Source of the DNA: Eledone cirrhosa | Lineage: Eukaryota | NCBI GenBank assembly: GCA_964016885.1 | Contig: OZ024741.1 | Coordinates: 366,358,001-366,422,000, forward strand | DNA: 64,000 bases | Direction: 5' to 3' | Part shown: positions 12,953 through 27,389 of the stretch, piece by piece | Layout: each line of letters opens with the position of its first letter | Numbering within the stretch: position 1 is the first letter of the stretch | The notes under the pieces: generated by a model | Database searches by the model: none | Told to the model about the DNA's origin: nothing | The model's input: only the letters and a program-made list of their open reading frames with translations | Program-made: the position numbers and the translations under genes

Positions 12953-15490
12953 CTAATGGATACAGTTTAAACTACCAGAACTTTTAGGTCTATAATAGAA
13001 GAAAGAATTAGAAATGGCATGCGGACAGGAAGAAAATATTTCAGATTTTCTATTAAGCAATATGTTCCTAGAGAAAATTATAGAGTGGGTCTCTAGGATA
13101 CAAAGATTACAGAATTTAGTGTGTGTTGATAGGTGATTAGAGTGTGCTAATATTCGCCAATTTAGGCTATATGGTATACCAGCCCCTTTTAAATCCCAGA
13201 TATGGTGTGCCAAAGAAGTAGATTTCTTAAGCTTGATATGCTTAAAATTAGAAATATGTGAATTAAACCTAGTTTTAAAAGTATTAGATGTGGAGCCTAT
13301 ATATGTGCTACAAGAAGAATTAGTCTTAACTTCACATGCATAAACAATGTTCCTAGAGAGGCAGTGACCATTTAAAGGGCAGTTATTACTTAATCTACAG
13401 TTATACTTCCGGGTACTAGTGACTCGCTTATTACGCGATGAATTATTCCTAGGGTTATTATAAGATAAGATCTGTTCGGGTGGTAAGTTATTAATAGAGC
13501 TATCTATATTAGTAGTACGCAAAGAGGAGTAGCTGTCCCTAATTTTCCTATTGTTAGTGCTAGCTAGATGAGAATTAATGTAAGGGGTGGCAGAGAAGGA
13601 GAATTTAATTACATTCTTATTAAAGATACCATGATATTTATTAGTAGGAGGGAAATGTTTCTCTAAAATAGAAAAGAAAGACCTAGGGATATTAGTTAAT
13701 ACTTCATGATCATAAAGTGGGTTAAAGTAAGTATTGAGTCTCCTCCCATTCTTACCTTTAATATCTATACCGTTACTGGTATCTTATTAATAGGATCAGG
13801 GTTAATACGAGGACCAGTTGAAATAACACTATTAGAAGCAGTTAAAACATTACCACTGGGTGAACGTTCAGAGCGCCTATCCTGTTCATTAGAACTAATC
13901 TCGAAATGCATACCATTAGACTCACTATTACGATTACTATTTCGGTAGCTAAACTTAGGGTTCGGTTTGGATATATCTATAAGATTTCTATGATTCCTAT
14001 ATTTTCTACTCTTATTCAAGGCCATATCATGGGTAATCGGAGTCATTCCAAGGTTGTCCTCCTTATAATGTATTCTACCAGAGTAACCAGAGTTAGCTAG
14101 GGCATTATTATAATACTCTGCGTGTGAATTAAAGATTCCTATATCCTTAGAGAGTGTGGAGATTCTATTAGATACACCATTAATTATAGAACTAATCATA
14201 GATTTAGGGTGGTTGGAATTAGGATTAACGTAATAGAGTGTCTCATTTGGCTTGTGGAAGGGTTTATAACTATTAGTGACCAAGTCTAATGTCACATCTA
14301 AAAAGTTAACTGCTCTATCATTCTTATCAATCGTGATCGAAAGGTTAAAATTTTTAAAAAATTTATATAGCTTCTTCCTATTATGCTCAATGTTATTAGT
14401 GCTAGAGTTTATCACAAATAATGCATCGTCACGATAAAGTCCACCTTTAAGGTGCGGAAAGCTAACATACAGTTCGTTCAAGAGGAACAACCCAACAAGA
14501 TCAGTTACCTGCGCCGAATCACTCGAACCCATTGTAACGTCAAAGTTGTTGGGTGTGTTTTTACGCGTCCAAAGTGTATCTTTGAATTTGATGATAGTCC
14601 TACGGGCGGCTAGTATAACATCAATCTGGGGTCGCGTAAGACTAGACATTCGCATGGCCATAATTAAGGCTTTATTAAGGAGGATAGGTGAAATCGACGT
14701 GTAATAGGCGTCTATATCAAACTGGATAAACCTACTAGACTCAAGCTTATTAATACCAGAGAACCAATCAATAACATCCTTAGTATTCCCCCATAGATTA
14801 AAATGAACCTTTTCCCTAACGGTAGGTATAATCAGGTCAAGAATTTTCTTATTAATTATAGCTATATCAGAATTAGAAGGACTGATAAGTCTAACAGAAG
14901 GATTACTTATGAAGTCTACCTTGTGATCCTTAAGAGTGAATCTCGGTTCCCTAGGGTAATATGGTTGGGCATACTTATCAAGACCCAGATCCGAAACTAT
15001 CTTGAGGCCCTCATTATTGATTTGATCCAAATTATCCTGCGTAGTCTTTTTGTAATTTTTATGCAGCTCTTTATAAATAAAATTACGGTAAGCAGTATAA
15101 TCCATAGAGTAAAGATTCTTAGTCTTGTCAGCCGGGACAAGAATAGACTTATTCCCTTTAAAATCCTTAACAATATTCTTAAGTTTAGACTGGAACTTGT
15201 CAAATTTATTATAGTTCCCATATTTATTATGCGGCTTATATTTTATATTTTTGACAAGGGAAAGTAAATCGTTCTCAAAATTATCTAATAGAACATTATG
15301 CGGTGGACTTTTATAAGTCTTGAAGCCAAAGTTATTGAATGGAGTCTTATCCCGGGGGTTAATCCTATTCCTATTATTATCAAAGTGGAAAGCACGCCAT
15401 CTAATCCTTTTTACGAAGGAGTTAACGCTAGCAATCAAGAGTTTTTCATAAGTATTTCTAGAGGGGATGGGAATATTCTTCAGAGATAAA
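12953..15490 (-). pseudogene. PLE2 RT + GIY-YIG ORF with one frameshift near 13765-13783
   Basis: RT: PADKT, LKDHK, QFDIDAYY, YRDD, FLDV. The -1 frame continues TSNGIDIKGKNGRRLNTYFNPLYD..KHFPPTNKYHGIFNKN into NIVYAC..YIGST..FKTRF and CNLCILE. Confidence 0.9.
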
Positions 15491-15739
15491 GTTTGATATT
15501 TTTTCTTACCCTGTGAAAAACTTTATATACAATTTATTGACCTTAAATAATATGTATGATGTAGTTTTGTATATTTTTTGATGTCAGTATATTATTCTAT
15601 TGTTTTCTGTATTGTTTATGCACAACGTCAGGGTGATTATTTTATTCTATTATAAGGGTTTTTCATATTATAACGAGTATATTTATATTTAAATACTTAA
15701 TAAGTGTTAATATGTGTTTGTGTAAATGTGTATATATAT

Positions 15740-15820
<81 letters not shown>

Positions 15821-16107
15821 TTAAGCTTTTTATTCCTTATTATCCATTATATTGTATTCTATATCATATTGTAATTCTCACATTATATTACCATGTTGTG
15901 TTTCATGTATTTGTATTATACTGTACTTTCAACGTAGGTTTGACATGTTACTCGCTTTCTTGCCCTATAGTCTATATTTGTAACTGCACACTTTTAGCTT
16001 TAGCATGCTTTTCCTTGATATCTTTCCTAAGCTTTCATAGATATAAATTCCCTATTCTTCTGAGTTTTGGATTGTTCTGGCCGTTGATGCTTCTTGTCTT
16101 TTTACTT

Positions 16108-16148
16108 GCCCTGATGAGTCCTTATTAATGGGACGAAACATTGTTGGC
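16108..16148 (+). ncRNA. Type I hammerhead in PLE2 terminal repeat (element-sense copy ~11347-11387 on -)
   Basis: gcc CTGATGA gtcc-ttattaatg-ggac GAAAC att GTT ggc. Canonical core; stems I and II pair. Confidence 0.8.
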
Positions 16149-16208
16149 TAATAAAGACTTTTGATGTATTGAAGGCCTCTTTGTTTATTTTTTATAATAT
16201 ATATATAT

Positions 16209-16277
<69 letters not shown>

Positions 16278-16280
16278 TAT

Positions 16281-16921
<641 letters not shown>

Positions 16922-16980
16922 AGTATCTGGCTCGTTTTCACATAAAAGTAGTGCAAAACAAATATAAAATCGAAGTATAC

Positions 16981-17055
<75 letters not shown>

Positions 17056-17063
17056 TACATATA

Positions 17064-17182
17064 CAGTGGAATTGCGTTATAACAAAATTTAGGGTGTATA
17101 AAGAAATTTTGAGTGTTTGAAAAAATTTCCTTCTGCTGAAAAAATCGTTATAATAGTATTCGTTATAACGGAATTTTTGCTG
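17064..17182. mobile_element. Tigger/pogo-like MITE
   Basis: TA|cagtggaattgcgttataac ... cgttataacggaatttttgctg|TA. Confidence 0.7.
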
Positions 17183-17204
17183 TATATTATCCCAATTAAT
17201 CAGT

Positions 17205-17278
<74 letters not shown>

Positions 17279-17574
17279 GTTGTTTAATGTAGTCATAGAA
17301 AAATACTTGAATGAAATAATATGATTTATAAAATGGCCCCAAATAGTCCGGTTGCATGCTGTTGTTACTTCACGTTAATGTCAACATCAAACGATTTTAA
17401 TTAATTGATCTTTGCCAGGACCATTTCAGTCCACTGCATTTGTTTAAATATTTATTTATCCGTTATTTTCCTCCTTTCTTTTCTTTCACTTCCTCCTCTC
17501 CCTACTGTATAAAGGAAAATTTATGAATTAAAACTCAAAAAAATCCTTTCTCGAATTTGTGTTCGAAATATTAA

Positions 17575-17576
<2 letters not shown>

Positions 17577-17605
<29 letters not shown>

Positions 17606-17781
17606 CTTCTTCTTCTTCTTCTTCTTCTTCTTCTTCTTCTTCTTCTTCTTCTTCTTCTTCTTTCTTCTTCTTCTTTCTTCTTCTCCTCCTTCTTCTCCTC
17701 CTCCTCCTCCTCCTTCTCCTTCTCCTCCTCCTCCTCCTCCTCCTCCTTCTTCTTCTTCTTCTTCTTCTTCTTCTTCTTCTT
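17577..17781. repeat. (CTT)n/(CCT)n tract, possibly the tail of a minus-strand RTE remnant
   Basis: Trinucleotide array. Other RTE ends in this window finish in gaagaag. Confidence 0.8.
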
Positions 17782-18378
17782 TGTGGGGGAAGAGTCCTTA
17801 AACACTCTTTCTAACGGGTCCTGTCAGAACCAACCTTGTCCAATTGATCCATCTGGATCCCCAAGCATGACCAGCCAAACGAGGGAGGTGGTTAGGCGGA
17901 CGAGTGAACTTGCCGAATTTTGTTGGTTATTACATTCAGAGTTCAAAACTTTCTATGGCGTAACACGTTTGAAGACTTAATTCATCACCCGAGATAAAAC
18001 CAATATTTGGCCCTTGGCTGCCTTTAGCGATATCCACTGTATTCTAAGCTTTCTGATCCAGTCAACTATTTGAGAATGGTATGTAGAAATACGAATAGAG
18101 GTATACATTTGTGTGTGTTCTTGGCTATATTTTAGTGTGTGTGTTCTTGGCTATATTTTAGTGTGTGTATAATTTAATTTGTGTGATCTAATTTCTGAGT
18201 ATCTGAGAAAACATGCTAAGTTGGCATTTATTTTAATTTTTTTTCATTTCTGTGAAACAATTCTGGTCCTGTTGAAGGCATTTCTAAATATAATAAAGAT
18301 ACCTATATTCCACCAACGTATTCAGTACCTTTTCTAACAGTGGTTTCTCTCCGACACTCGGGAAACTATATATATATA

Positions 18379-18468
<90 letters not shown>

Positions 18469-18509
18469 TATTTATATATACACATATATATTTATATATA
18501 TATATAAAC

Positions 18510-18540
<31 letters not shown>

Positions 18541-18757
18541 ATGAAAGAGTTGTGGTAAGGAACCAGATGCACCATAACACACCAGAGTACTCAATACTTA
18601 GGGTAGTAGAGTGGGTAATAGGGAAATGTTTGGCCCCGACGGCAGAGCTCAAGCCGTTTCGACGGCTATTTCTGGACTAAGAATTTTTCAGAAAGATTCT
18701 AATTTAGTCCAGAAATAGCCGTCGGAACGATTGAGCTCTGCCGTCGGGGTCAAACAT

Positions 18758-18761
<4 letters not shown>
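18541..18761. mobile_element. Fold-back element, family C (other copies 23151-23335, 25560-25735, 26490-26540, 28781-28813, 33988-34085)
   Basis: Arms 18624-18680 / 18704-18760. Contains the hammerhead 3' half GAAACGGC..GCCGTC. Flanked by (TA)n. Confidence 0.85.
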
Positions 18762-18821
<60 letters not shown>

Positions 18822-18976
18822 TATACCAGGAATTTTTAATTTATAATAAACGAAGCCAAATTTTACACATTTGACTTAATTATTTTACATTACTCCGGAG
18901 TAAACAAACGAACCTGCGTACTTCGTCGAGTGCTCCAATCTGCATACTAGGTGTCGGTAAACAACCAACATATACT

Positions 18977-19055
<79 letters not shown>

Positions 19056-19665
19056 TGTATGTATGCATGTATGTATTCGTGAGTGAATAATAATAAGAAT
19101 GAGAGATTTTGTTATTTTTATATCACCGATTACTTTACGTTGAAAAATAGTATTTTTAAATTGCTGTTAATGTTTGATTTCACATATGTTTTCCAATTGT
19201 CTATCATGTAATTGGTTTCTTGCGATATATTTTGAGACCTTATTCTTTATATTTCTGTAAATATACATACATATACAGATGCATATGCGCTCATGTGTGT
19301 CTGTATATGTATGTATGTTTACCTGTGGCTTGATATATGTTTGTTTGCATGTGTGTATACATATGTAAGTGTTCATATATGTGTGAACGAATATATATAC
19401 GGAGGGATACTGCGTGTGTGCATTTCGGGTGTATTCATAATGGTGTTTTGACATTATATATAAGGTAAACAGAATTAACAACACATTCGGTACATTATAT
19501 GGAACAATATATAAGGTTAACGCTTCGAATAGCAGGAAGTGGGCCTTAACATTTCGGAGGCTAATATTTCATCAGAAGAAAGAATGAGAAATTAGAAAGA
19601 TTGAAGGAGCAGGCGGGGTGGAATTGGAAAAAATGTTTTTAAAGAAAAGTAATAGGTCCATTAAT

Positions 19666-20297
<632 letters not shown>

Positions 20298-20299
20298 AG

Positions 20300-20343
20300 C
20301 CATCATCGTAGCCAGTAGCAAAACTACTACTATTTATGCATCC

Positions 20344-20408
<65 letters not shown>

Positions 20409-20453
20409 CGTATGCATAAATAGCAGTAGTTTTGTTACTGGCTACGATGATGG
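20300..20453. repeat. Inverted pair enclosing a (TA)n tract
   Basis: ccatcatcgtagccagtagcaaaactac..tatttatgcat / atgcataaatag..gttttgttactggctacgatgatgg. Confidence 0.85.
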
Positions 20454-20498
20454 AATAATCTCAGCTTATAATTAAGGAATATATGATATATATGTACG

Positions 20499-20570
<72 letters not shown>

Positions 20571-20628
20571 CATATTTATATATATATATCTATATATTTA
20601 TATATATATACATCTATAAATATAAATA

Positions 20629-20693
<65 letters not shown>

Positions 20694-20895
20694 ATATATA
20701 TATACGTGTATATGCGTGTGTGTACGTGTATGGTCTAATTTTATTATTTAACACTGTGTCTTAGTATTTTAATCCTCTAAACCTGAATTTAAGTAAAGAA
20801 TTAATCAGCTTTTCGTGGATTACATTAAATCGTTTCTTACATAAAATTATAAAATATTAAGTAACTATGCTGGGTTTTAATTCACTTTCTCTTCC

Positions 20896-20970
<75 letters not shown>

Positions 20971-20978
20971 CTCTCTCC

Positions 20979-21102
<124 letters not shown>

Positions 21103-21435
21103 ACGAGGCTTTAGTAAACATTCACCATAAACCCGATTACATTTACAAACTCAATGAGATATGTTTGAACGTATTGAGCAAAGCCTGTCTCAGAGTGCTA
21201 ACCAAATTTATTTCGTAATGTACTATTTTTATTTGTACGTCTGGACCCAGGGCTCCTGCTAATGCTGTAAGCTTCCATAAGTGCAATTTGCAACTTGCAG
21301 AATACAGTGATTGCATGATGCAAGCCGTATTCTACAATAGCTTGAACAGCAAACCTAGTAACTATGAAGAGAGAGTGAAGCCTTTCGTTTTCTGTGAGCA
21401 TAAAAGAAATTACTGCTAGAATACAGTTTTCTGCA

Positions 21436-21526
<91 letters not shown>

Positions 21527-21875
21527 GTATATCTAGGGATATACGGTATGTTTACGAATAAACATTTGAAAGCCTCTAGCTATGAATTTTGGAAGTTGAT
21601 GACGTAGTTGATGAATTTTGGAAGTTGATGAAGCAGTTTCCAGCAGAAGATGGGGCGGATAACTGTAGTCGTTAACAAGACCGTGCCTGAATTCAATTAA
21701 GGCAAAAACATAGTTTTCACGCCTATGTACATAGGCTGATTAGCCTCATTTGCATACGGAGATGGCGGCCGCCTCAGCCTGAAAATAGAATAAATGTGTT
21801 CGGTCCTACATAGCTGTATACATATAAGTATTTGTACTTTGAATCTATTAATATACGCACTCACATATATATATT

Positions 21876-21931
<56 letters not shown>

Positions 21932-22007
21932 GTTTATGTATATTTATATTCAGAAGATCCCGTTAAGGGTGAAAGCAGCGATTCTTTGCTTAAACTTTAA
22001 TCTGTTA

Positions 22008-22053
<46 letters not shown>

Positions 22054-22082
22054 AAAGAATAGAGGTGTAACACACAAGTTAT

Positions 22083-22488
22083 TATATATTGGTAAACGGA
22101 ATAGAAAATGCTGACAAATTGTTCACAGTTGAAAAATGGTTTAATTAGGAATAAAAGAGTATTAGTGATTGTATGGGTTAGTATTCAGTTGTGGTTTTAA
22201 GTTTTTAAGTTTTTACCGGTTGCGCATTTCTAAATGCTTTTCAAAAATAATTTTGAGATAGAGTGTCCGTGCTGTTTGCTCTGATCTGCAAACAGATCAG
22301 AGCAAACAGCACGGACACTCTATCTCAAAATTATTTTTGAAAAGCATTTAGAAATGCGCAACCGGTAAAAACTTAAAAACTTAAAACCACAACTGAATAC
22401 TAACCCATACAATCACTAATACTCTTTTATTCCTAATTAAACCATTTTTCAACTGTGAACAATTTGTCAGCATTTTCTATTCCGTTTA

Positions 22489-22498
<10 letters not shown>
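22083..22498. repeat. Perfect fold-back, ~205-bp arms, 4-nt loop (caaa, 22289-22292)
   Basis: Arms appear identical by eye. Contains ttt TTGAAAA gcatt-taga-aatgc GCAA ccgg TA aaa at 22334-22370. Confidence 0.95.
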
Positions 22499-22564
<66 letters not shown>

Positions 22565-22685
22565 AATATATATATGTGAGTGCGTATATTAATAATAGAT
22601 TCAAAATACAAATACTTATATGTATGAGCGAACGCTATGTAGGAGCGAACACATTTATTCTATTTTCAATATTTATTAATATCAT

Positions 22686-22740
<55 letters not shown>

Positions 22741-22938
22741 TCAATGATATTAATAAATGGAAACTATATTTATGAAACCATATTTATTGTATTATATATA
22801 TTTCAATGGTACCAAAACTTTGGTACGCTCTCATCAGATAAAATACAAAGTTTCTTTTATAAATATTGACATATCCAGGAATGAGATCTTAACAGTTATT
22901 AACAATATTTATAACAATATTTATAAAAGAAACTTTGT

Positions 22939-22997
22939 ATTTTATCTGATGAGAGCATACCAAAGTGTTGGTACCATTGAAATATATATAATACAAT
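22939..22997 (+). ncRNA. Type I hammerhead in fold-back 22738-23045 (mirror 22786-22844 on -)
   Basis: attttat CTGATGA ..taccaa-agtg-ttggta.. GAAA tatata TA atacaat. Palindromic stem III; base of stem II imperfect. Confidence 0.65.
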
Positions 22998-23558
22998 AAA
23001 TATGGTTTCATAAATATAGTATCCATTTATTAATATCATTGATATATATACTCCAGAAAACCTGTCGAGTGTTTCGAATCAATTATAAATATATATATTT
23101 GTTGAATTAAATATCCCTTTGTTTATTTATATATACATATATATATATAAGAAAAAGTATGACCCCGACGCCAGAGCTCAAGCGGTTTCGACGGCTATTT
23201 CTGGAAATAGCCGTCGAGACGGCTTGAGCTCTGCCGTCGGAGTCATACTTTTTCCTATTTCCTACTCTACTACCCTAAGTATTGAGTACTCTGGTGCGTT
23301 ATGGTCCATTTGGTTCCTTACCATAATTCCTTTGTTATATATATATATATATATACTAAAATACAAATCTTAATAAAATAGATGTTCTTTTGATCAATTA
23401 CATTTTATTATACATATTTCGGATGTACAACAGTACGTCCTCATCAGACAAAATATAATGATACATGACATAACCTGAGATGTTAAATGGTTAAGATTTA
23501 ATCAAGGTAGTAAATCTTAACCATTTAACATCTCACACGGTATGTCATGTGTCATTAT

Positions 23559-23611
23559 ATTTTGTCTGATGAGGACGTACTGTTGTACATCCGAAATATG
23601 TATAATAAAAT
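23559..23611 (+). ncRNA. Type I hammerhead in fold-back 23352-23660 (mirror 23402-23454 on -)
   Basis: attttgt CTGATGA ggacgtac-tgtt-gtacatcc GAAA tatgta TA ataaaat. Confidence 0.8.
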
Positions 23612-23716
23612 GTAATTGATCAAAAGAACATCTATTTTATTAATATTTGTATTTTAATATTAATAACTCTGGAAAATTATTTTCCGTAAAGTGCTTCCAA
23701 TCTACTGTAAAACTCA

Positions 23717-23757
23717 TTCTTTGATATACTCATTGAATCTTGTTTACATCTCTTTAA

Positions 23758-23795
<38 letters not shown>

Positions 23796-23804
23796 CATAT
23801 ATAC

Positions 23805-23897
<93 letters not shown>

Positions 23898-23904
23898 CTA
23901 TATA

Positions 23905-23981
<77 letters not shown>

Positions 23982-24079
23982 CATATATACACATATATAC
24001 ATATATAATATATATAATATATAATATATATATATATACATATACATATATATATACATATACATATATATATATATAC

Positions 24080-24137
<58 letters not shown>

Positions 24138-24239
24138 TATATATATATATACTATATGTATATATATATATATATATATGTATAATATATATATATATTA
24201 AAGAGTTAAACAAGATTCAATGAGTATATCAAAGAATGA
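23717..24239. repeat. ~42-bp inverted pair enclosing a ~440-bp (TA)n-rich tract
   Basis: cattctttgatatactcattgaatcttgtttac.. / ..aaacaagattcaatgagtatatcaaagaatg. Confidence 0.85.
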
Positions 24240-24509
24240 CTGCCACAGACGGGACGGGTAGCAGTAAACTATGGTACAAGGCCTAAATGGGTCATTGTTT
24301 GGCTGAGAGGGTGAACTGACTAAGCGAATTTCGTTGAAATCTGCGGTAGCTAATGGTCAACTTCCTTCGGACATGCGCCTGCGCAGACCGGTGGGGGTGA
24401 ATTGGTACTCACAGGGGAACGGATGAAGAACCCAAAAGCACACACTTCGTCCGTTCCCATATCGATTCAATTTGGATTGCCTCGGAAACATAACCTTATT
24501 ATGTAACAA

Positions 24510-24583
24510 GCTGTCTGATGATGTCACGACATTCGCACACAGAACAGTGTGGCCAGTGTCGTCATTGAAATATATATCACAGC
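24510..24583 (+). ncRNA. Type I hammerhead with long stem II
   Basis: gctgt CTGATGA ..acgacatt..cacac/gtgtg..agtgtcgt.. GAAA tatata TC acagc. Perfect 5-bp stem I; AUC site. Confidence 0.8.
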
Positions 24584-24685
24584 ATTATTATTATACACTG
24601 CGTAATTGCTGGCCTTGTGCCAAAAGTAGAAACAAGTATTATTAAAGGACTTGAACATCTGAAACTACTTCGCTTTTACTTATTC

Positions 24686-24840
<155 letters not shown>

Positions 24841-24875
24841 ATATATATATATGTATATATATATATGTATATATG

Positions 24876-25560
<685 letters not shown>

Positions 25561-25833
25561 CAAATTTAGACGGGAAGAAAACAGAGAGGAACGAAGGAAG
25601 TGTAGTAAGGAACCAGGTGGACCATAACACACCAGAGTACTCGATACTACGTGTAGTAGAGTGGGTAATAGGAAAATAGTCAGGATCCCGACGGCTGAGC
25701 TCCGGCCGTTTCGACACCTATTTCTGAACTAACACAGTATTGTGAGCACAGCAGTAGTCTGGCTGAACTTACGTATGTATATATGTATATATGTATATAT
25801 GTGTGCGTGTGTGTACATATACATATATGCGTG

Positions 25834-25880
<47 letters not shown>

Positions 25881-26011
25881 TTTCAAAGCAAGGTAATACT
25901 CTATACAAGTTGAGATGCTGATTGGATATGATAAAGGAGAATCCCAACAGCAAATCCCAAGGCTGTTTCAACTTCACTTGACAAGTACCATCGGTTCCCT
26001 ACCTCTTCACA

Positions 26012-26154
<143 letters not shown>

Positions 26155-27174
26155 TGTGTGTGTATGAAAATGTATATATATGTATATATTATCCTATTTC
26201 TCTATTTTTTGATATTTTCTTCCGTATCATATTCAATCACTAAATTCAGTTCAATTATTCAACATCATCCATCTCTCTCTCCCCCCTCTCGTTCTCCCTA
26301 TCTCTCTCTTTTTATTTCCCTCTCTATCTATCTATCTATCTATCTATCTCCCTCTCCCTCTTCCTCTCTCTAGTTTTATCTATCCCTCATTGTGTGTGTA
26401 TATATATATGTATGTTCGTATATAGATAAATGTGTGTGTATAGATATCTATGTATATATGTATATACATAGATATATAAATATGTGCGTATAGGCAAAGA
26501 GTCAGGACCCCGATGGCTCAGCACCGGCCGTTTCGGCATAGATATATTTGTGTGCATAGATATCTTTGTATATATATATATATATATATATAAATATGCA
26601 TATATGTGTTTGTTTATGTGATGTGGTTAATCTACATATATGTAAGGAGAGCATGCCGTTAACCTTGCTAGCCAAGGAACAAGGCTACGGGAATGCCACC
26701 TTATTATTCCAGAACTTACATACTACAATCGAAATCTGATTGATGGACGCCTATTTTATTAGTTTTGTTTTGTTTTGTTTTTTGTGTTTTTTGTGTTTTG
26801 TTTTTTCAAACAAAAAATTTCAAATTTGAAAATAATTCTTTCTACTTTTGGCACAAGGCCAGCAATTATTCCAGTACATTACTGGTACTTTATTTTACCG
26901 ACCCCGTAAGGATGAAAGGTAAAGCCAACCTTGGCAGGATTTGAACTCAGAACATAAAGAGACATAACTCTATGCTGCAAAAGATAGTGTCTGACGCTCT
27001 ACCGATTCTGAAAATTTTGAAAATAATGTCATCACAGCACAAATATTTATAATGGTTGTATTAATTGTGTAAAATTCTCCCGGTGACAACGAAAAGAGCA
27101 TAGACTTCTTTGTTCATTTTTTCCGTCTTTGGGGATACCTTATCTAATTTATTCAACTAGTATTATAATTATAA

Positions 27175-27370
27175 GGGCGGTGGATTGTCAGTATCGGTAG
27201 AGGGTCGGACGCCATGCTTTGCTGCAAAGAGTTACGGCCTTTTATGGTCTGAGTTCAAATCCCGCCGAGGTTAACTTTGCCTTTCATCCTTACGGGGTCG
27301 ATAAAATAAAGTACCAGTAATACAGTGCGATAATTGCTGGCCTTGTGCCAAAAGTAGAAACAATTATAAT
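27175..27370 (+). mobile_element. tRNA-derived SINE, family A (other copies ~26833-27010 -, 27504-27687 -, 28170-28365 +, 29300-29460 +, 34443-34640 -, 37730-37920 +, 38072-38200 -, 42080-42190 -, 50330-50570 +, 51350-51500 +, 52632-52810 +, 52822-53047 +, 55241-55420 +, 62575-62700 -)
   Basis: A-box-like tggcagtatcggt, B-box gagttcaaatcc, body gcctttcatccttacggggtcgataaaataaagtaccag, tail ggccttgtgccaaaagtagaaacaattatt. Several copies have TSDs. Confidence 0.9.
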
Positions 27371-27389
27371 TATTATACTTTATTAACTT

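Noticed and set aside
17521-17805. Poly-K/E/R protein
   Set aside because: Translation of a (CTT)n/(CCT)n microsatellite.
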